Source: Firmicutes bacterium UBA2296
GTDB lineage: Bacteria; Bacillota; UBA994
Reading direction: 5' to 3'
DNA: 35,492 nt
Assembly (NCBI GenBank): GCA_002345475.1
Contig: DDWC01000034.1
Location: 1 to 35,492 of the forward strand
The notes below the pieces were generated by a model, which was not told where the DNA came from, did not search any database, and worked only from the letters and a program-made list of their open reading frames with translations. Shown piece by piece: positions 17,850-26,094 of this stretch (position 1 is the first letter of the stretch; every line of letters begins with the position of its first letter). The position numbers and the translations under genes were made by a program.

Positions 17850-18476
17850 CTACCCCTTACCCTCTTGCGCCAGATGATACGACAGCGCCATCAGGCCGAC
17901 GATCAGGTTCTCCTGCCGTACTTCAACTGTGTGGGGCACCTCCAGGCGTATAGGAGCAAAGTTCCATATGGCTTTAATGCCGGCCTGGACCAGCACATCG
18001 GCAACCTTTTGCGCTGCCGGACCGGGAACTGCCACTATGGCCAGCTCTATTTCGCTCTTACCCAGAACCTGGGCCATCTGTTCGGTGTGCATTATGGTCT
18101 GCCCGGCCAGAGCCCCGCCCACCTTGCTGCGGTCGGAGTCAAACACGGCGGTAATGTTAAAGCCCTGCTCGCGAAAGCCGTCGTAGTTTGCCAGAGCCTG
18201 CCCCAGATGTCCGGCGCCTATCAGAGCCAGTTTGCGGGGTCTGTCAGCGCCCAGTATGGAGGTTATCTGGTTTAGCAACTCTTCCACATCGTAACCGACG
18301 CCGCGGCGGCCGAACTCGCCAAAATAGGCCAGGTCCTTGCGTATTTGCACCGAGGTAATGGCCAGAAGGCGTCCCAATTCCTCTGAAGAAACCACTTCTA
18401 CCCCGCTATCCCTGAGTCGGGCGAGGCAACGCATATATAGAGGCAAACGCTCAATGGTAGGCTTGGGAATATTCAT
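17850..18476 (-). CDS. rex: redox-sensing transcriptional repressor Rex
   Basis: It carries MNIPKPTIERLPLYMRCL, the SSEELG...SVQIRKDLAYFGEFG wHTH, and the Rossmann motif IGAGHLGQAL. The ATG at 18476 (7 nt after GAGGAGAG) is preferred over the track start at 18536. Confidence 0.9.
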   Translation of the reverse strand: MNIPKPTIERLPLYMRCLARLRDSGVEVVSSEELGRLLAITSVQIRKDLAYFGEFGRRGVGYDVEELLNQITSILGADRPRKLALIGAGHLGQALANYDGFREQGFNITAVFDSDRSKVGGALAGQTIMHTEQMAQVLGKSEIELAIVAVPGPAAQKVADVLVQAGIKAIWNFAPIRLEVPHTVEVRQENLIVGLMALSYHLAQEGKG

Positions 18477-18531
18477 GGGAGCAACTCTCCTCTCGAATCC
18501 GCGGCAGTTGTCGAACTTGTCAAACAACAGC

Positions 18532-18566
18532 CACAAAGTTTGTGACTACCTGAACTATTATATCAT
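18532..18566 (-). promoter_or_regulatory. candidate rex promoter (extended -10) with an adjacent 13-nt palindrome
   Basis: On the minus strand, TGATATAAT lies at 18565-18557. CACAAAcTTTGTG (18544-18532) follows between the -10 and the RBS. The -35 is poor. Confidence 0.35.
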
Positions 18567-18589
18567 AAAAAAAGGAAGCATAAGCTTCC
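18567..18589 (-). terminator. rho-independent terminator of efp
   Basis: On the minus strand this reads GGAAGC ttat GCTTCC followed by TTTTTTT. It lies 13 nt after the efp stop. Confidence 0.6.
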
Positions 18590-18602
18590 CTGGTTAAAAA
18601 TC

Positions 18603-19163
18603 CTAGACTCTATCAAGGTATTCCTTAGTGCGGGTATCAATGCGAATCTTTTCGCCGGTGTTAACAAAGAAGGGCACGTTGACCACAAGGCCTGTCTCCA
18701 TGGTGGCCGGCTTGCTGCCGCCCTGGGCGGTGTCACCCTTAAAGCCCGGCGCTGTGTCGGCAATCACCAGTTCCACATAGTAGGGAAGCTCAACGCCAAT
18801 GACGCGGTCATTATAGATGACCATGGTGACGTTCTCATTCTCCTTAAGGAACTTGATGTCGTCGCCCAGGACGTCGTGGTTGACGTTAATCTGTTCGTAG
18901 TTCTCGGTGTCCATAAAGGTGTAGAAATTGCCGGCATCATAAAGATACTGCATTTCCTTGCGCTCCACGTGGGCCCGGTTGACTTTCTCCCCTGCCCTGA
19001 AGGTCAGTTCCTGTACGGCACCGCTCTCCACGTTCTTGATCTTGGCGCGCACAAAAGCGGCACCCTTGCCCGGCTTGACGTGCTGAAAATCCACTATCTG
19101 GAAAGCCTGCCCGTCCATTTCTATGGTCATCCCCGTGCGAAACTCGTTGGTTGAAATCATCAT
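18603..19163 (-). CDS. efp: elongation factor P
   Basis: A 186-aa ORF with [18 protein letters not shown] and the [15 protein letters not shown] loop. The second ATG, at 19160, is equally plausible. Confidence 0.93.
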   Translation of the reverse strand: MMISTNEFRTGMTIEMDGQAFQIVDFQHVKPGKGAAFVRAKIKNVESGAVQELTFRAGEKVNRAHVERKEMQYLYDAGNFYTFMDTENYEQINVNHDVLGDDIKFLKENENVTMVIYNDRVIGVELPYYVELVIADTAPGFKGDTAQGGSKPATMETGLVVNVPFFVNTGEKIRIDTRTKEYLDRV

Positions 19164-19202
19164 TGTACCCCTTTCATCATGAAGGCTTCGAAGCAGGGGC
19201 TT

Positions 19203-19286
19203 CTGGCTCCTGGCTCTTGGCTCTTGGGAGTTCGGCTCCTTGTATGCATTCCTAAGAGCTAAGAGCTAGCAGCCAAGAGCTCTCCG
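19203..19286. repeat. heptanucleotide repeat mosaic arranged as an inverted pair, 12 units in one register
   Basis: CTGGCTC CTGGCTC TTGGCTC TTGGGAG TTCGGCT CCTTGTA TGCATTC CTAAGAG CTAAGAG CTAGCAG CCAAGAG CTCTCCG. The right half is the approximate reverse complement of the left half. Confidence 0.85.
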
Positions 19287-19302
19287 GCTACCTTGCGGCC
19301 GC

Positions 19303-20370
19303 CTACCCTAGCTCCACTAACTCCTTGGTAAACTTATTAAAATTCCTGTAACCCGTGTCGGTGACAACCACCATGTCTTCGATGCGCACGCCGCCCCATT
19401 CGGGGATGTAGATGCCAGGCTCTACGGTTATGACATGGCCGGCGGCCAGGGTGTCCTCGGATTTGCTTCCCGCGCTGGGTCCTTCGTGAACCATGCGACC
19501 CACGCCGTGCCCCAGGCCGTGGCCAAAACGCTCGCCGTAGCCATGTTCGCCGATGTAATCACGGGCTACTTTATCTACGTCTTTGCCCAGCATGCCCGGC
19601 CGCACCGCGGCCAGAGTCTTCAGCTGCGCCTTGTACACAACGTCATAAACGCGGCGTTGCTCTGCCGTGGCCTTACCCACCACAAAGGTGCGGGTAATAT
19701 CCGAGCAGTATCCATTGTACATAGCGCCAAAGTCCAGAGTCAAGAAGTCGCCGGGCATAATCTTGCGCTGGGAGGCTCTGCCGTGGGGCAGGCTGGATCT
19801 CGGGCCCGAAGCCGCGATAATGGGGAAAGGCAGCCCCTGTGATCCCAGGCGTCGCATGGCGACCTCCAGTTCCATGGCCACATATTCTTCCATAACCCCG
19901 GGTTTTATCAGCGAGAGTATTTCGGTGAGACCGGACTCGGCTATTTCCGCAGCCTTCTGCATGGAAGCTAGCTCGCCTTCGTCTTTCAGCATGCGCAGCT
20001 TTTCCACCAGGCCCGAACAAGGTACCAGCTCTACCTCAAGCTTTTCCTGCAGGGTTACCCAGGTGGCGTGGGGCACAAAGTCCCCTTCGAAGCCAAGCTG
20101 CACTATGTTCGCAGCTTTCATCGCGTCGTTCAGGCTGACGTAAAGATCCGGCGCGTAGTCGATGATGTTGACGCCGGGGCACTGTGCCGCCGCCTGCTCG
20201 GTGTAGCGGAAGTCCGTAAGCATCATGTCGCCTTTTTTGCCCACAATGAGATAGCCGTTAGACCCGGTAAAACCGCTGACATAGGCGCGGTTTTCCGGCT
20301 TAAGGACCAGCAGCGCGTCGACGTTCTCCGGCAAAGACTGCCTCAAGTTATTAAGTCTGTGTGCTGTCAC
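19303..20370 (-). CDS. M24B family Xaa-Pro dipeptidase / aminopeptidase P
   Basis: A 355-aa ORF with a GTG start. It carries the motifs DFGAMYNGYCSDITRT, HGLGHGVGRMVHEGP, EPGIY and VRIED. Confidence 0.88.
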   Translation of the reverse strand: MTAHRLNNLRQSLPENVDALLVLKPENRAYVSGFTGSNGYLIVGKKGDMMLTDFRYTEQAAAQCPGVNIIDYAPDLYVSLNDAMKAANIVQLGFEGDFVPHATWVTLQEKLEVELVPCSGLVEKLRMLKDEGELASMQKAAEIAESGLTEILSLIKPGVMEEYVAMELEVAMRRLGSQGLPFPIIAASGPRSSLPHGRASQRKIMPGDFLTLDFGAMYNGYCSDITRTFVVGKATAEQRRVYDVVYKAQLKTLAAVRPGMLGKDVDKVARDYIGEHGYGERFGHGLGHGVGRMVHEGPSAGSKSEDTLAAGHVITVEPGIYIPEWGGVRIEDMVVVTDTGYRNFNKFTKELVELG

Positions 20371-20392
20371 TTGGCTTCCTCGCTTTCTCTGT

Positions 20393-20848
20393 CTAGGTCT
20401 GCACTGCCGGGCCGTTGCCCGTCAGGTTGGCCGCCGCCTGCAGCGCCAGCAGATATCCCTGCGGGCCAAAACCGCTTATCTGCCCCACCACCACCGGGGA
20501 AATCACCGACTTGGCACGAAACTCCTCACGGGAATATATGTTCGAAAGGTGAACCTCGATGCAGGGCAAACCGGTAGCCGCCAGCGCGTCGCGAATGGCG
20601 TAGCTGTAATGGGTGTAAGCGGCCGGGTTAATGATGATGCAGCTGTGGGTGACGATGGCCTGGTGAATGGCTTCAATTATTTCGCCCTCGCTGTTGTGCT
20701 GCGCCACTTCCACCTGCAAACCCAGTTCGTCCGCCTTCTCGTGTATCATGTAGTCGATCTGGGCCAGGGTGGTCAGGCCGTACACCTGACGCTCCCTGTG
20801 TCCCAGCAGATTAAGGTTTGGTCCATGGATTACTAAAACACTTGCCAC
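20393..20848 (-). CDS. aroQ: type II 3-dehydroquinate dehydratase
   Basis: A 151-aa ORF with the motifs VIHGPNLNLLGHRE, INPAAYTHYS and EVHLSNI. Confidence 0.92.
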   Translation of the reverse strand: MASVLVIHGPNLNLLGHRERQVYGLTTLAQIDYMIHEKADELGLQVEVAQHNSEGEIIEAIHQAIVTHSCIIINPAAYTHYSYAIRDALAATGLPCIEVHLSNIYSREEFRAKSVISPVVVGQISGFGPQGYLLALQAAANLTGNGPAVQT

Positions 20849-20863
20849 AACAATTCTCCTCTA

Positions 20864-22012
20864 CTAAAGCTGATACTCTACCTTGCCGTTAATAATTGTC
20901 GTTTGAATGCGCGAACGCAGCCGCAGCGGGTGTCCGTCCAAAATAAGGACATCGGCGTCCTTGCCTACTTCCAGGCTGCCCACTCTGTCGCCCATGCCGA
21001 TAATCTCGGCGGCGTTAATGGTTATGGCCTTCAGGGCTTCCTGCGGGTCCATCCCGCCGCGAATGGCCAGTCCGGCGCTAAAGGGCAGCATGTAGGAAGG
21101 CGTGGAGGGGTGATCCGTGGTCAGGGCCACCTTCACGCCGTGCTCCGCTAATACCCCAGGGGTAATAATGGTGCGACCGGCGGTGTCCACCTTCATGCGG
21201 GCCTGCGCCAGAGGACCCACAATAACCGGCACGTTGCGCGCCGCCAGTTCCTTGGCCAGCTTGTGGGCTTCGGTGCCGGTGGTCAGGATCATGGTGACAC
21301 CAAACTCCGCCGAAATGCGCAGCGCCGTGTAGATGTCGTCTGCGCGGTGTGCGTGTACCAGCAGTGGCAGTTCGCCCCGCAGTACCCGGGCCAGAGTCTC
21401 CTGCTTAAGGTCAAAATCCGGCGCCTTCTCGGCGTTTTCCTGCTTCTTCATGTAGTTGCGCGCGCCCTGCAGGGCCTCGCGCAGCATGGCGGCCGTGCCC
21501 ATGCGGGTGCTGGGCATCTTCTTTTCGCCGCCCCACTGGCCCTTAACGTCATTCCCCAGGCCAACTTTCACGGCAAACTCCTTTACATACATGGCGTCCG
21601 CCGTGTCGCTCTGACTGGTCTTAAAGACCGCGGCAATGCCGCCCAGCACATTAAGCGTGCCCGGGCTTACCAAAGTGGTGGTGACACCGCCTTCCCTGGC
21701 TGTGGGCAGTGCTTCGTCGTGGGGGTTAAAGCCGTCCAGAGCCCTCATATGGGGCACCACCGGGTTGGTGATCTCGTTGTGGTCGGCTCCCTCCCAGCGG
21801 GTAGAATCTTCCTTCAGCCCGAGAGCCGTATGGGCGTCCACAAAACCGGGGCAGACAAAGCCGCCCTTGGCGTCTATCACTTGCGCTGCCGCCGGGACCA
21901 CAACGTCCTGCCCCAGCGCCGCAATCTTGCCATCTTCTATAAGCAAAGTGCCATTTTCAATAACACCCTTAGTAACAGTCAACAATGTCGCGTTCTTAAT
22001 GGCTAGCAACAT
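20864..22012 (-). CDS. amidohydrolase-family paralog with degenerate metal-ligand motifs
   Basis: A 382-aa ORF, colinear with and clearly homologous to the upstream gene. It has DAHTAL in place of DAHAHV and LTTGTEAH in place of IEHGTEAH. Its start overlaps the upstream stop by 10 nt. Confidence 0.75.
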   Translation of the reverse strand: MLLAIKNATLLTVTKGVIENGTLLIEDGKIAALGQDVVVPAAAQVIDAKGGFVCPGFVDAHTALGLKEDSTRWEGADHNEITNPVVPHMRALDGFNPHDEALPTAREGGVTTTLVSPGTLNVLGGIAAVFKTSQSDTADAMYVKEFAVKVGLGNDVKGQWGGEKKMPSTRMGTAAMLREALQGARNYMKKQENAEKAPDFDLKQETLARVLRGELPLLVHAHRADDIYTALRISAEFGVTMILTTGTEAHKLAKELAARNVPVIVGPLAQARMKVDTAGRTIITPGVLAEHGVKVALTTDHPSTPSYMLPFSAGLAIRGGMDPQEALKAITINAAEIIGMGDRVGSLEVGKDADVLILDGHPLRLRSRIQTTIINGKVEYQL

Positions 22013-23184
22013 GAAACACTCCCTTCGCCGCGGCGGTAGACCACTGCGCCTGCCATAATGGTGGCTTCCACCTTGGTCTCGGTCTCAAACGGGTGGCCTG
22101 TCCACACCACAATGTCCGCTTCCTTGCCCACTTCCAGGCTGCCGACCCTCTCGCCCACGCCGCTGATCTCTGCGGCGGTCTGAGTAATGGAGGCCAGAGC
22201 CACGTCTTCCGGCAGACCGTACTTCACCGCCATGGCCGCAGCCAGAGGCAGGTAACCCACCGGGATGATGGGATGGTCGGTCAGCAGGGCAAACTTCACC
22301 CCGGCGGCGTGGCAAATAGCCGGCGTCGCCAGCGAAGTATCCTTTACCTCTACCTTGGAACGGGCGCACAGCGCCGGTCCAATAACCACGGGGATGTTGC
22401 GCTTCGCCAGTTCCCCCGCCACCTTATGGGCTTCCGTGCCGTGCTCAATGGTGATATTAATGTCGAATTCTTCGGCAATGCGTATGGCCGTCATAATGTC
22501 GTCTGCCCGGTGCGCATGAATCCTCATGGGAATCTCCTTGCGCAGCACCTTGGCGATTACCTCCAGGCCCAGGTCCTTGTCCGGCAGCTTGCTTTCGTCA
22601 TCTCCGGCTTTGGCGATCTTGCCCAGGTAGTGCTTGGTCTTCAGCAATGCTTCGCGCATCACCGCAGCCGAACCCATTCTGGTAGAGGGCATAATCTTGC
22701 GGTTGCCGTAGGCGCCCTTGGGGTTCTCGCCGAAAGCCGCCTTCAGGCCCGAAAGCTCCACCATGACCATTTCGTCCATGGAGTTGCCCTTGGTGCGCAT
22801 GGTAACCCCTTCGCCGCCGATGATGTTGGCGCTGCCCGGCGGGCACCATATGGCGGTAACGCCCATCTGGTACGCGTCGCGCAAACCCATGTCTTCGGGG
22901 TTAATGCCGTCCAGGGCGCGCACCTGGGGTGTTACCGGGTTGGTGGCTTCGTTAACGTCAATGCCTTCGTTACCCATACCCTCTTCCCAGATGCCAACGT
23001 GGGCGTGGGCGTCGATAATGCCCGGGGTGACAACCTTGCCCTCTGCGTCGATAATCTCTGCGCCCTCGGGTATGCTGATGCCCTTGCCTATGGCGACTAT
23101 CTTGCCGTCATCGATCAAAATGGTGCCTTCGTCGATGATCCCGGCGGTTACCGTGTAAAGTTTTCCCTTCTTAATGGCTAGCAA
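22003..23184 (-). CDS. amidohydrolase family protein (COG1228-type, imidazolonepropionase/dipeptidase-related)
   Basis: A 393-aa ORF. A TTG start lies 7 nt after AAGGAGG. It carries the motifs GIIDAHAHVG (HxH), RIHAHRADD, IEHGTEAH and LLTDHP. Confidence 0.8.
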   Translation of the reverse strand: MLAIKKGKLYTVTAGIIDEGTILIDDGKIVAIGKGISIPEGAEIIDAEGKVVTPGIIDAHAHVGIWEEGMGNEGIDVNEATNPVTPQVRALDGINPEDMGLRDAYQMGVTAIWCPPGSANIIGGEGVTMRTKGNSMDEMVMVELSGLKAAFGENPKGAYGNRKIMPSTRMGSAAVMREALLKTKHYLGKIAKAGDDESKLPDKDLGLEVIAKVLRKEIPMRIHAHRADDIMTAIRIAEEFDINITIEHGTEAHKVAGELAKRNIPVVIGPALCARSKVEVKDTSLATPAICHAAGVKFALLTDHPIIPVGYLPLAAAMAVKYGLPEDVALASITQTAAEISGVGERVGSLEVGKEADIVVWTGHPFETETKVEATIMAGAVVYRRGEGSVSCC

Positions 23185-23270
23185 GCGGTTACCTCCTTAA
23201 ATATATGCAGTAAATATTTCTGCTACCTGAGTTAAGTTCTCGCATTTAGGCCTTAATCCTGCCGCAGGAC

Positions 23271-23711
23271 CTAAAGTGGCTGGCAGAAAATAGCCTGTAA
23301 AGCCTGCCGCAGCTCGTCCTCGCTGGCGTTTTCTATCATGGCGTATTCTCCGAGGGCCTTAAGCCCCACAAACCGCGGCTTGCCCGCCGCGCTCTTTTTG
23401 TCCGCTTTAAAGTAAGGCTGCAAGTCCTCGTAACCGTAAGTGGTACAAGTGGGCAGGCCCAATCCACCCAGCAGCTTTCTCACCTCGTCTTCGACTTTCC
23501 GCTCCAGCCCAAATCTCAATTGCGAAAGCCTCAGCGCCGCCAGAAGCCCCAACCCCACCGCCTGCCCGTGGTTATACTCGCTGTACTGCCCCACCGCCTC
23601 CAATGCATGGGCAAAGGTGTGCCCCAGGTTAAGCTGCTGCCGCGCCCCCGTGTCCAGCGGGTCAGCGGCGACGACAGAGGCTTTGTAGCTCAGACAAGCC
23701 TGGATTAGGGG
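23271..23711 (-). pseudogene. aroB: 3-dehydroquinate synthase remnant, C-terminal ~40% only (5'-truncated)
   Basis: PLIQACLSYKASVVAADPLDTGARQQLNLGHTFAHALEA...NHGQAVGLG...GLP...DKK matches the C-terminal domain of AroB (compare E. coli KAEVVAADERE..LNLGHTFGHAIE). No N-terminal Rossmann half appears in any frame. Upstream of 23711 the track ORF is only read-through of the heptamer repeats. Confidence 0.75.
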
Positions 23712-23856
23712 CTCTTGGCTCTTAGCTCTTAGTTCTTGGAGTAGGGCGTGAGAGGAGGAGTCTTGCGCTAAGCGCACGTCCCTCGCTCCTCCTGGCGGCT
23801 GGTGGCTGGCGGCTGGTGGCTCACCCTCTAAGCGCCAAGCGCCAAGCGCTAAGCGC
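23710..23856. repeat. heptanucleotide repeat mosaic, 21 units in one register
   Basis: GGCTCTT GGCTCTT AGCTCTT AGTTCTT GGAGTAG GGCGTGA GAGGAGG AGTCTTG CGCTAAG CGCACGT CCCTCGC TCCTCCT GGCGGCT GGTGGCT GGCGGCT GGTGGCT CACCCTC TAAGCGC CAAGCGC CAAGCGC TAAGCGC. Confidence 0.9.
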
Positions 23857-23871
23857 CCGTCAGCGCCATGC

Positions 23872-23897
23872 AAAAAGAGCAGGCATGCGCCTGCTCT
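23872..23897 (-). terminator. rho-independent terminator of the FMN-binding lipoprotein gene
   Basis: On the minus strand this reads AGAGCAGGC gcat GCCTGCTCT (9-bp stem) followed by TTTTT. It lies 30 nt after the stop codon. Confidence 0.75.
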
Positions 23898-23927
23898 TTG
23901 GTAGGTAATCAAGTGATCGTCTTAGTA

Positions 23928-24686
23928 CTAGCGGGTGGCCAGCTCCAGAGCTCTGGCAACAGCCTGCATAGCGTTGGTGCTGGTACCGGTGGCGCCTGTG
24001 AAGACGTCGATTTCAGCGCTGTTCTTAGCAATGAAAGCCTTGGGCAGCTCGATCAGTGCTTCGTGGTACTCATCCCATGCGTACTCCGCATCCTTAAACG
24101 CCTTGCTCGTTACGCCTGCGTCGTTAGTGACGTTGCGGGTTTCATTGATAACAACTTCGACTATCTTGTCGTTCTCAATGGTTACGAGAACTACAGCCCA
24201 GTCGTTAGCGCGGCCACCGACATCGGACATGGCCATGAACATTCCATCGTAGTACTTGCCGCCGGCGGGCTTGTTAACCAGAGCCTTTTCCATGGCGCGC
24301 TGGACAGCCTGCTTGGACTGGTTAGAACTGCTGGTAGCGCCGGTGTAGATGTCGACGTCCCAGGTGTTCTTTTCTACGAAGGCCTTGGGAAGTTCAGCCT
24401 TCATTTCGTGGTAACCGGTGTAGCCGGCGGCGGCACCGTAGGTCTCATCCTTTTCGGTAGCCAGGTTGCCGTAACCTACCAGGGTAACAGCAGTAATCTT
24501 GTCGTTCTCGATGGTAACTTCGGCTGTCATGTAGCCACGGGCAGTGGCGTTAGACGAGGCGAAGAAAGTGCCGTTGTTGTAAACGTATACGGGTGCAGGG
24601 GGTGCCGGGGGCTCTTTTGGTGTGCAACCGATAAGTACTGTTGCGGCCAGAGCGAGCACCAATGCAAAAGTCATAAGTCTCTTCAC
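23928..24686 (-). CDS. lipoprotein with two FMN-binding (FMN_bind) domains, PplA-like
   Basis: A 252-aa ORF. The signal peptide MKRLMTFALVLALAATVLIGC contains a lipobox. There are two tandem domains, each ending in a flavinylation-type motif: VDIYTGATSSSNQSKQAV and IDVFTGATGTSTNAMQAV. Confidence 0.8.
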   Translation of the reverse strand: MKRLMTFALVLALAATVLIGCTPKEPPAPPAPVYVYNNGTFFASSNATARGYMTAEVTIENDKITAVTLVGYGNLATEKDETYGAAAGYTGYHEMKAELPKAFVEKNTWDVDIYTGATSSSNQSKQAVQRAMEKALVNKPAGGKYYDGMFMAMSDVGGRANDWAVVLVTIENDKIVEVVINETRNVTNDAGVTSKAFKDAEYAWDEYHEALIELPKAFIAKNSAEIDVFTGATGTSTNAMQAVARALELATR

Positions 24687-24767
24687 TTGTGTACCTCCAT
24701 GATTTTAAAGTATTCTGTGCGCCCATATGCCCTGCCTACCTCAGGAAACACGGTCGCACTCCCTAAC

Positions 24768-24796
24768 ATAATACACCTTTGCGACAGAAATATCAA
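24768..24796 (-). promoter_or_regulatory. sigma-A type promoter of the FMN-binding lipoprotein gene
   Basis: On the minus strand this reads TTGATA (24796-24791), a 17-nt spacer, then TATTAT (24773-24768). It gives a leader of about 80 nt. Confidence 0.5.
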
Positions 24797-24840
24797 AGGG
24801 TTTATGTATTTATACCAGTAACTTAATCGAAGTTAAATAC

Positions 24841-26094
24841 TTATTCAGTTAATGAATTCACCCGGATCAAGGTTATTTGTCTGCCGGACATCTTCTCCAC
24901 CCGCAAAAGGTAGGATCCTTCTTCGATAAAGTCACCCTTCTTAGGGATTCTGCCCAGTCTCTCGAAGATAAGACCGGCCACGGTAGTGGCATCAATATCG
25001 TCCGGAGCAATGCCAAGTTCCTCATCAAGGTCTTCCATGCTGATGCGACCGTGAATCAGCCAGGAACCGTCGCTCTGCCGGGTGATGGCTATTAGTTCTT
25101 CGTCCTGATCATACTCATCACGAATTTCGCCGACAATCTCTTCCAGCAAATCTTCTATTGTGACCAGGCCCTCTACTCCGCCGTATTCATCTATGACCAT
25201 GGCTATGTGGGTGCGACTCTCCCGCAACTCCTTGAGGAGCTCGCTCACGCGCTTGCTTCCCGGAATGAACATGGCCGGGCGCAGGATTTCTTTGAGCTTA
25301 AGGGATGACAGGCCCGCTGGCGTGTACAGGTGTCGCAACAGGTCCTTGGCGTAAAGTATGCCCACTATGTCGTCGATGCTCTCGGAATATACCGGGATGC
25401 GCGAGAAACCACTGTCTCTAACCAGACGCAGAATTTCATCCATGTCATCTTCAATATCGGCTGCTACCACATTGATCCTCGGGACCATTACTTCCCGTAC
25501 GGGGGTATGTCCGCTATCCAGCAGACCAAAAATCATGTCCCTCTCAGACTGTGGCAGTTCTGACTGCTCCTCCGCGTATTCCACCATATGGCGGATCTGC
25601 GTTTCATCGCTTTCGGGCATATCGGCGCTGAGCAGGCGCTTGGGCAATGCCACCAGCAGGTAGGATAAGGGTGAAACGAGGCGGTAAACCCTCTTCAAAG
25701 CGCGGGTACCTTTCAGAGCCACTCGCAAAGGGGAGCGGGCAGCCCTGCTCTTGGGGATAAGTTCGCCAAAGATATTGACCAGAAGCACCACGATCAGCGA
25801 TGTCAGGGTCAAGGTATAGGCGCCAAAGGGCGCAAACTCCAGGGCCAGGCTGGTACTGGTCACGGTGAATAGCACCACAGAGAGGTTGGTACCCAGCAAT
25901 ATGGTGGCCAGCAGTTGCTCCCTGTCCTCACTCAGGCCCAGGGCCTCTGTGGCGTCCTCCTGTTTGCGCGAGGCGAGGTGCGAAAGCGCCAGCCTGTCCA
26001 CTGCGCTGAAGGAAGCCTCCATCGAAGCGAAAAAGCTCACAAGGTACAGGCTGAACATAAGCAACCCAAGACGTATAATAATCGCCCAATCCAT
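24841..26094 (-). CDS. HlyC/CorC family transporter (DUF21-CBS-CorC_HlyC)
   Basis: A 417-aa ORF with an N-terminal DUF21 membrane domain, a CBS pair, and a C-terminal transporter-associated domain (DGSWLIHGRISMEDL). Its ATG overlaps the upstream TGA (TGATG). Confidence 0.85.
   Translation of the reverse strand: MDWAIIIRLGLLMFSLYLVSFFASMEASFSAVDRLALSHLASRKQEDATEALGLSEDREQLLATILLGTNLSVVLFTVTSTSLALEFAPFGAYTLTLTSLIVVLLVNIFGELIPKSRAARSPLRVALKGTRALKRVYRLVSPLSYLLVALPKRLLSADMPESDETQIRHMVEYAEEQSELPQSERDMIFGLLDSGHTPVREVMVPRINVVAADIEDDMDEILRLVRDSGFSRIPVYSESIDDIVGILYAKDLLRHLYTPAGLSSLKLKEILRPAMFIPGSKRVSELLKELRESRTHIAMVIDEYGGVEGLVTIEDLLEEIVGEIRDEYDQDEELIAITRQSDGSWLIHGRISMEDLDEELGIAPDDIDATTVAGLIFERLGRIPKKGDFIEEGSYLLRVEKMSGRQITLIRVNSLTE

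Noticed and set aside
18508-18546. Canonical Rex operator upstream of rex (and near fba or the OYE gene)
   Set aside because: The known Rex box is TTGTGAA-N4-TTCACAA. Here I find only an everted palindrome, CACAAAcTTTGTG, and TTGTGGCTGTTGTTTGACAA, which has the wrong spacing and a mismatch. I kept the palindrome as a low-confidence regulatory feature, not as a Rex site.
23712-23912. N-terminal 67 codons of track ORF 23271..23912 as real coding sequence
   Set aside because: This part is a translation of the heptamer mosaic and of the upstream gene's terminator (LALGAWRLEGEPPAASHQPP...). AroB homology only begins at about 23711.
24687-24767. FMN riboswitch in the leader of the FMN-binding lipoprotein gene
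   Set aside because: The leader is only about 80 nt, and I could not see the conserved FMN-element core. It is too short for the ~140-nt six-stem architecture.
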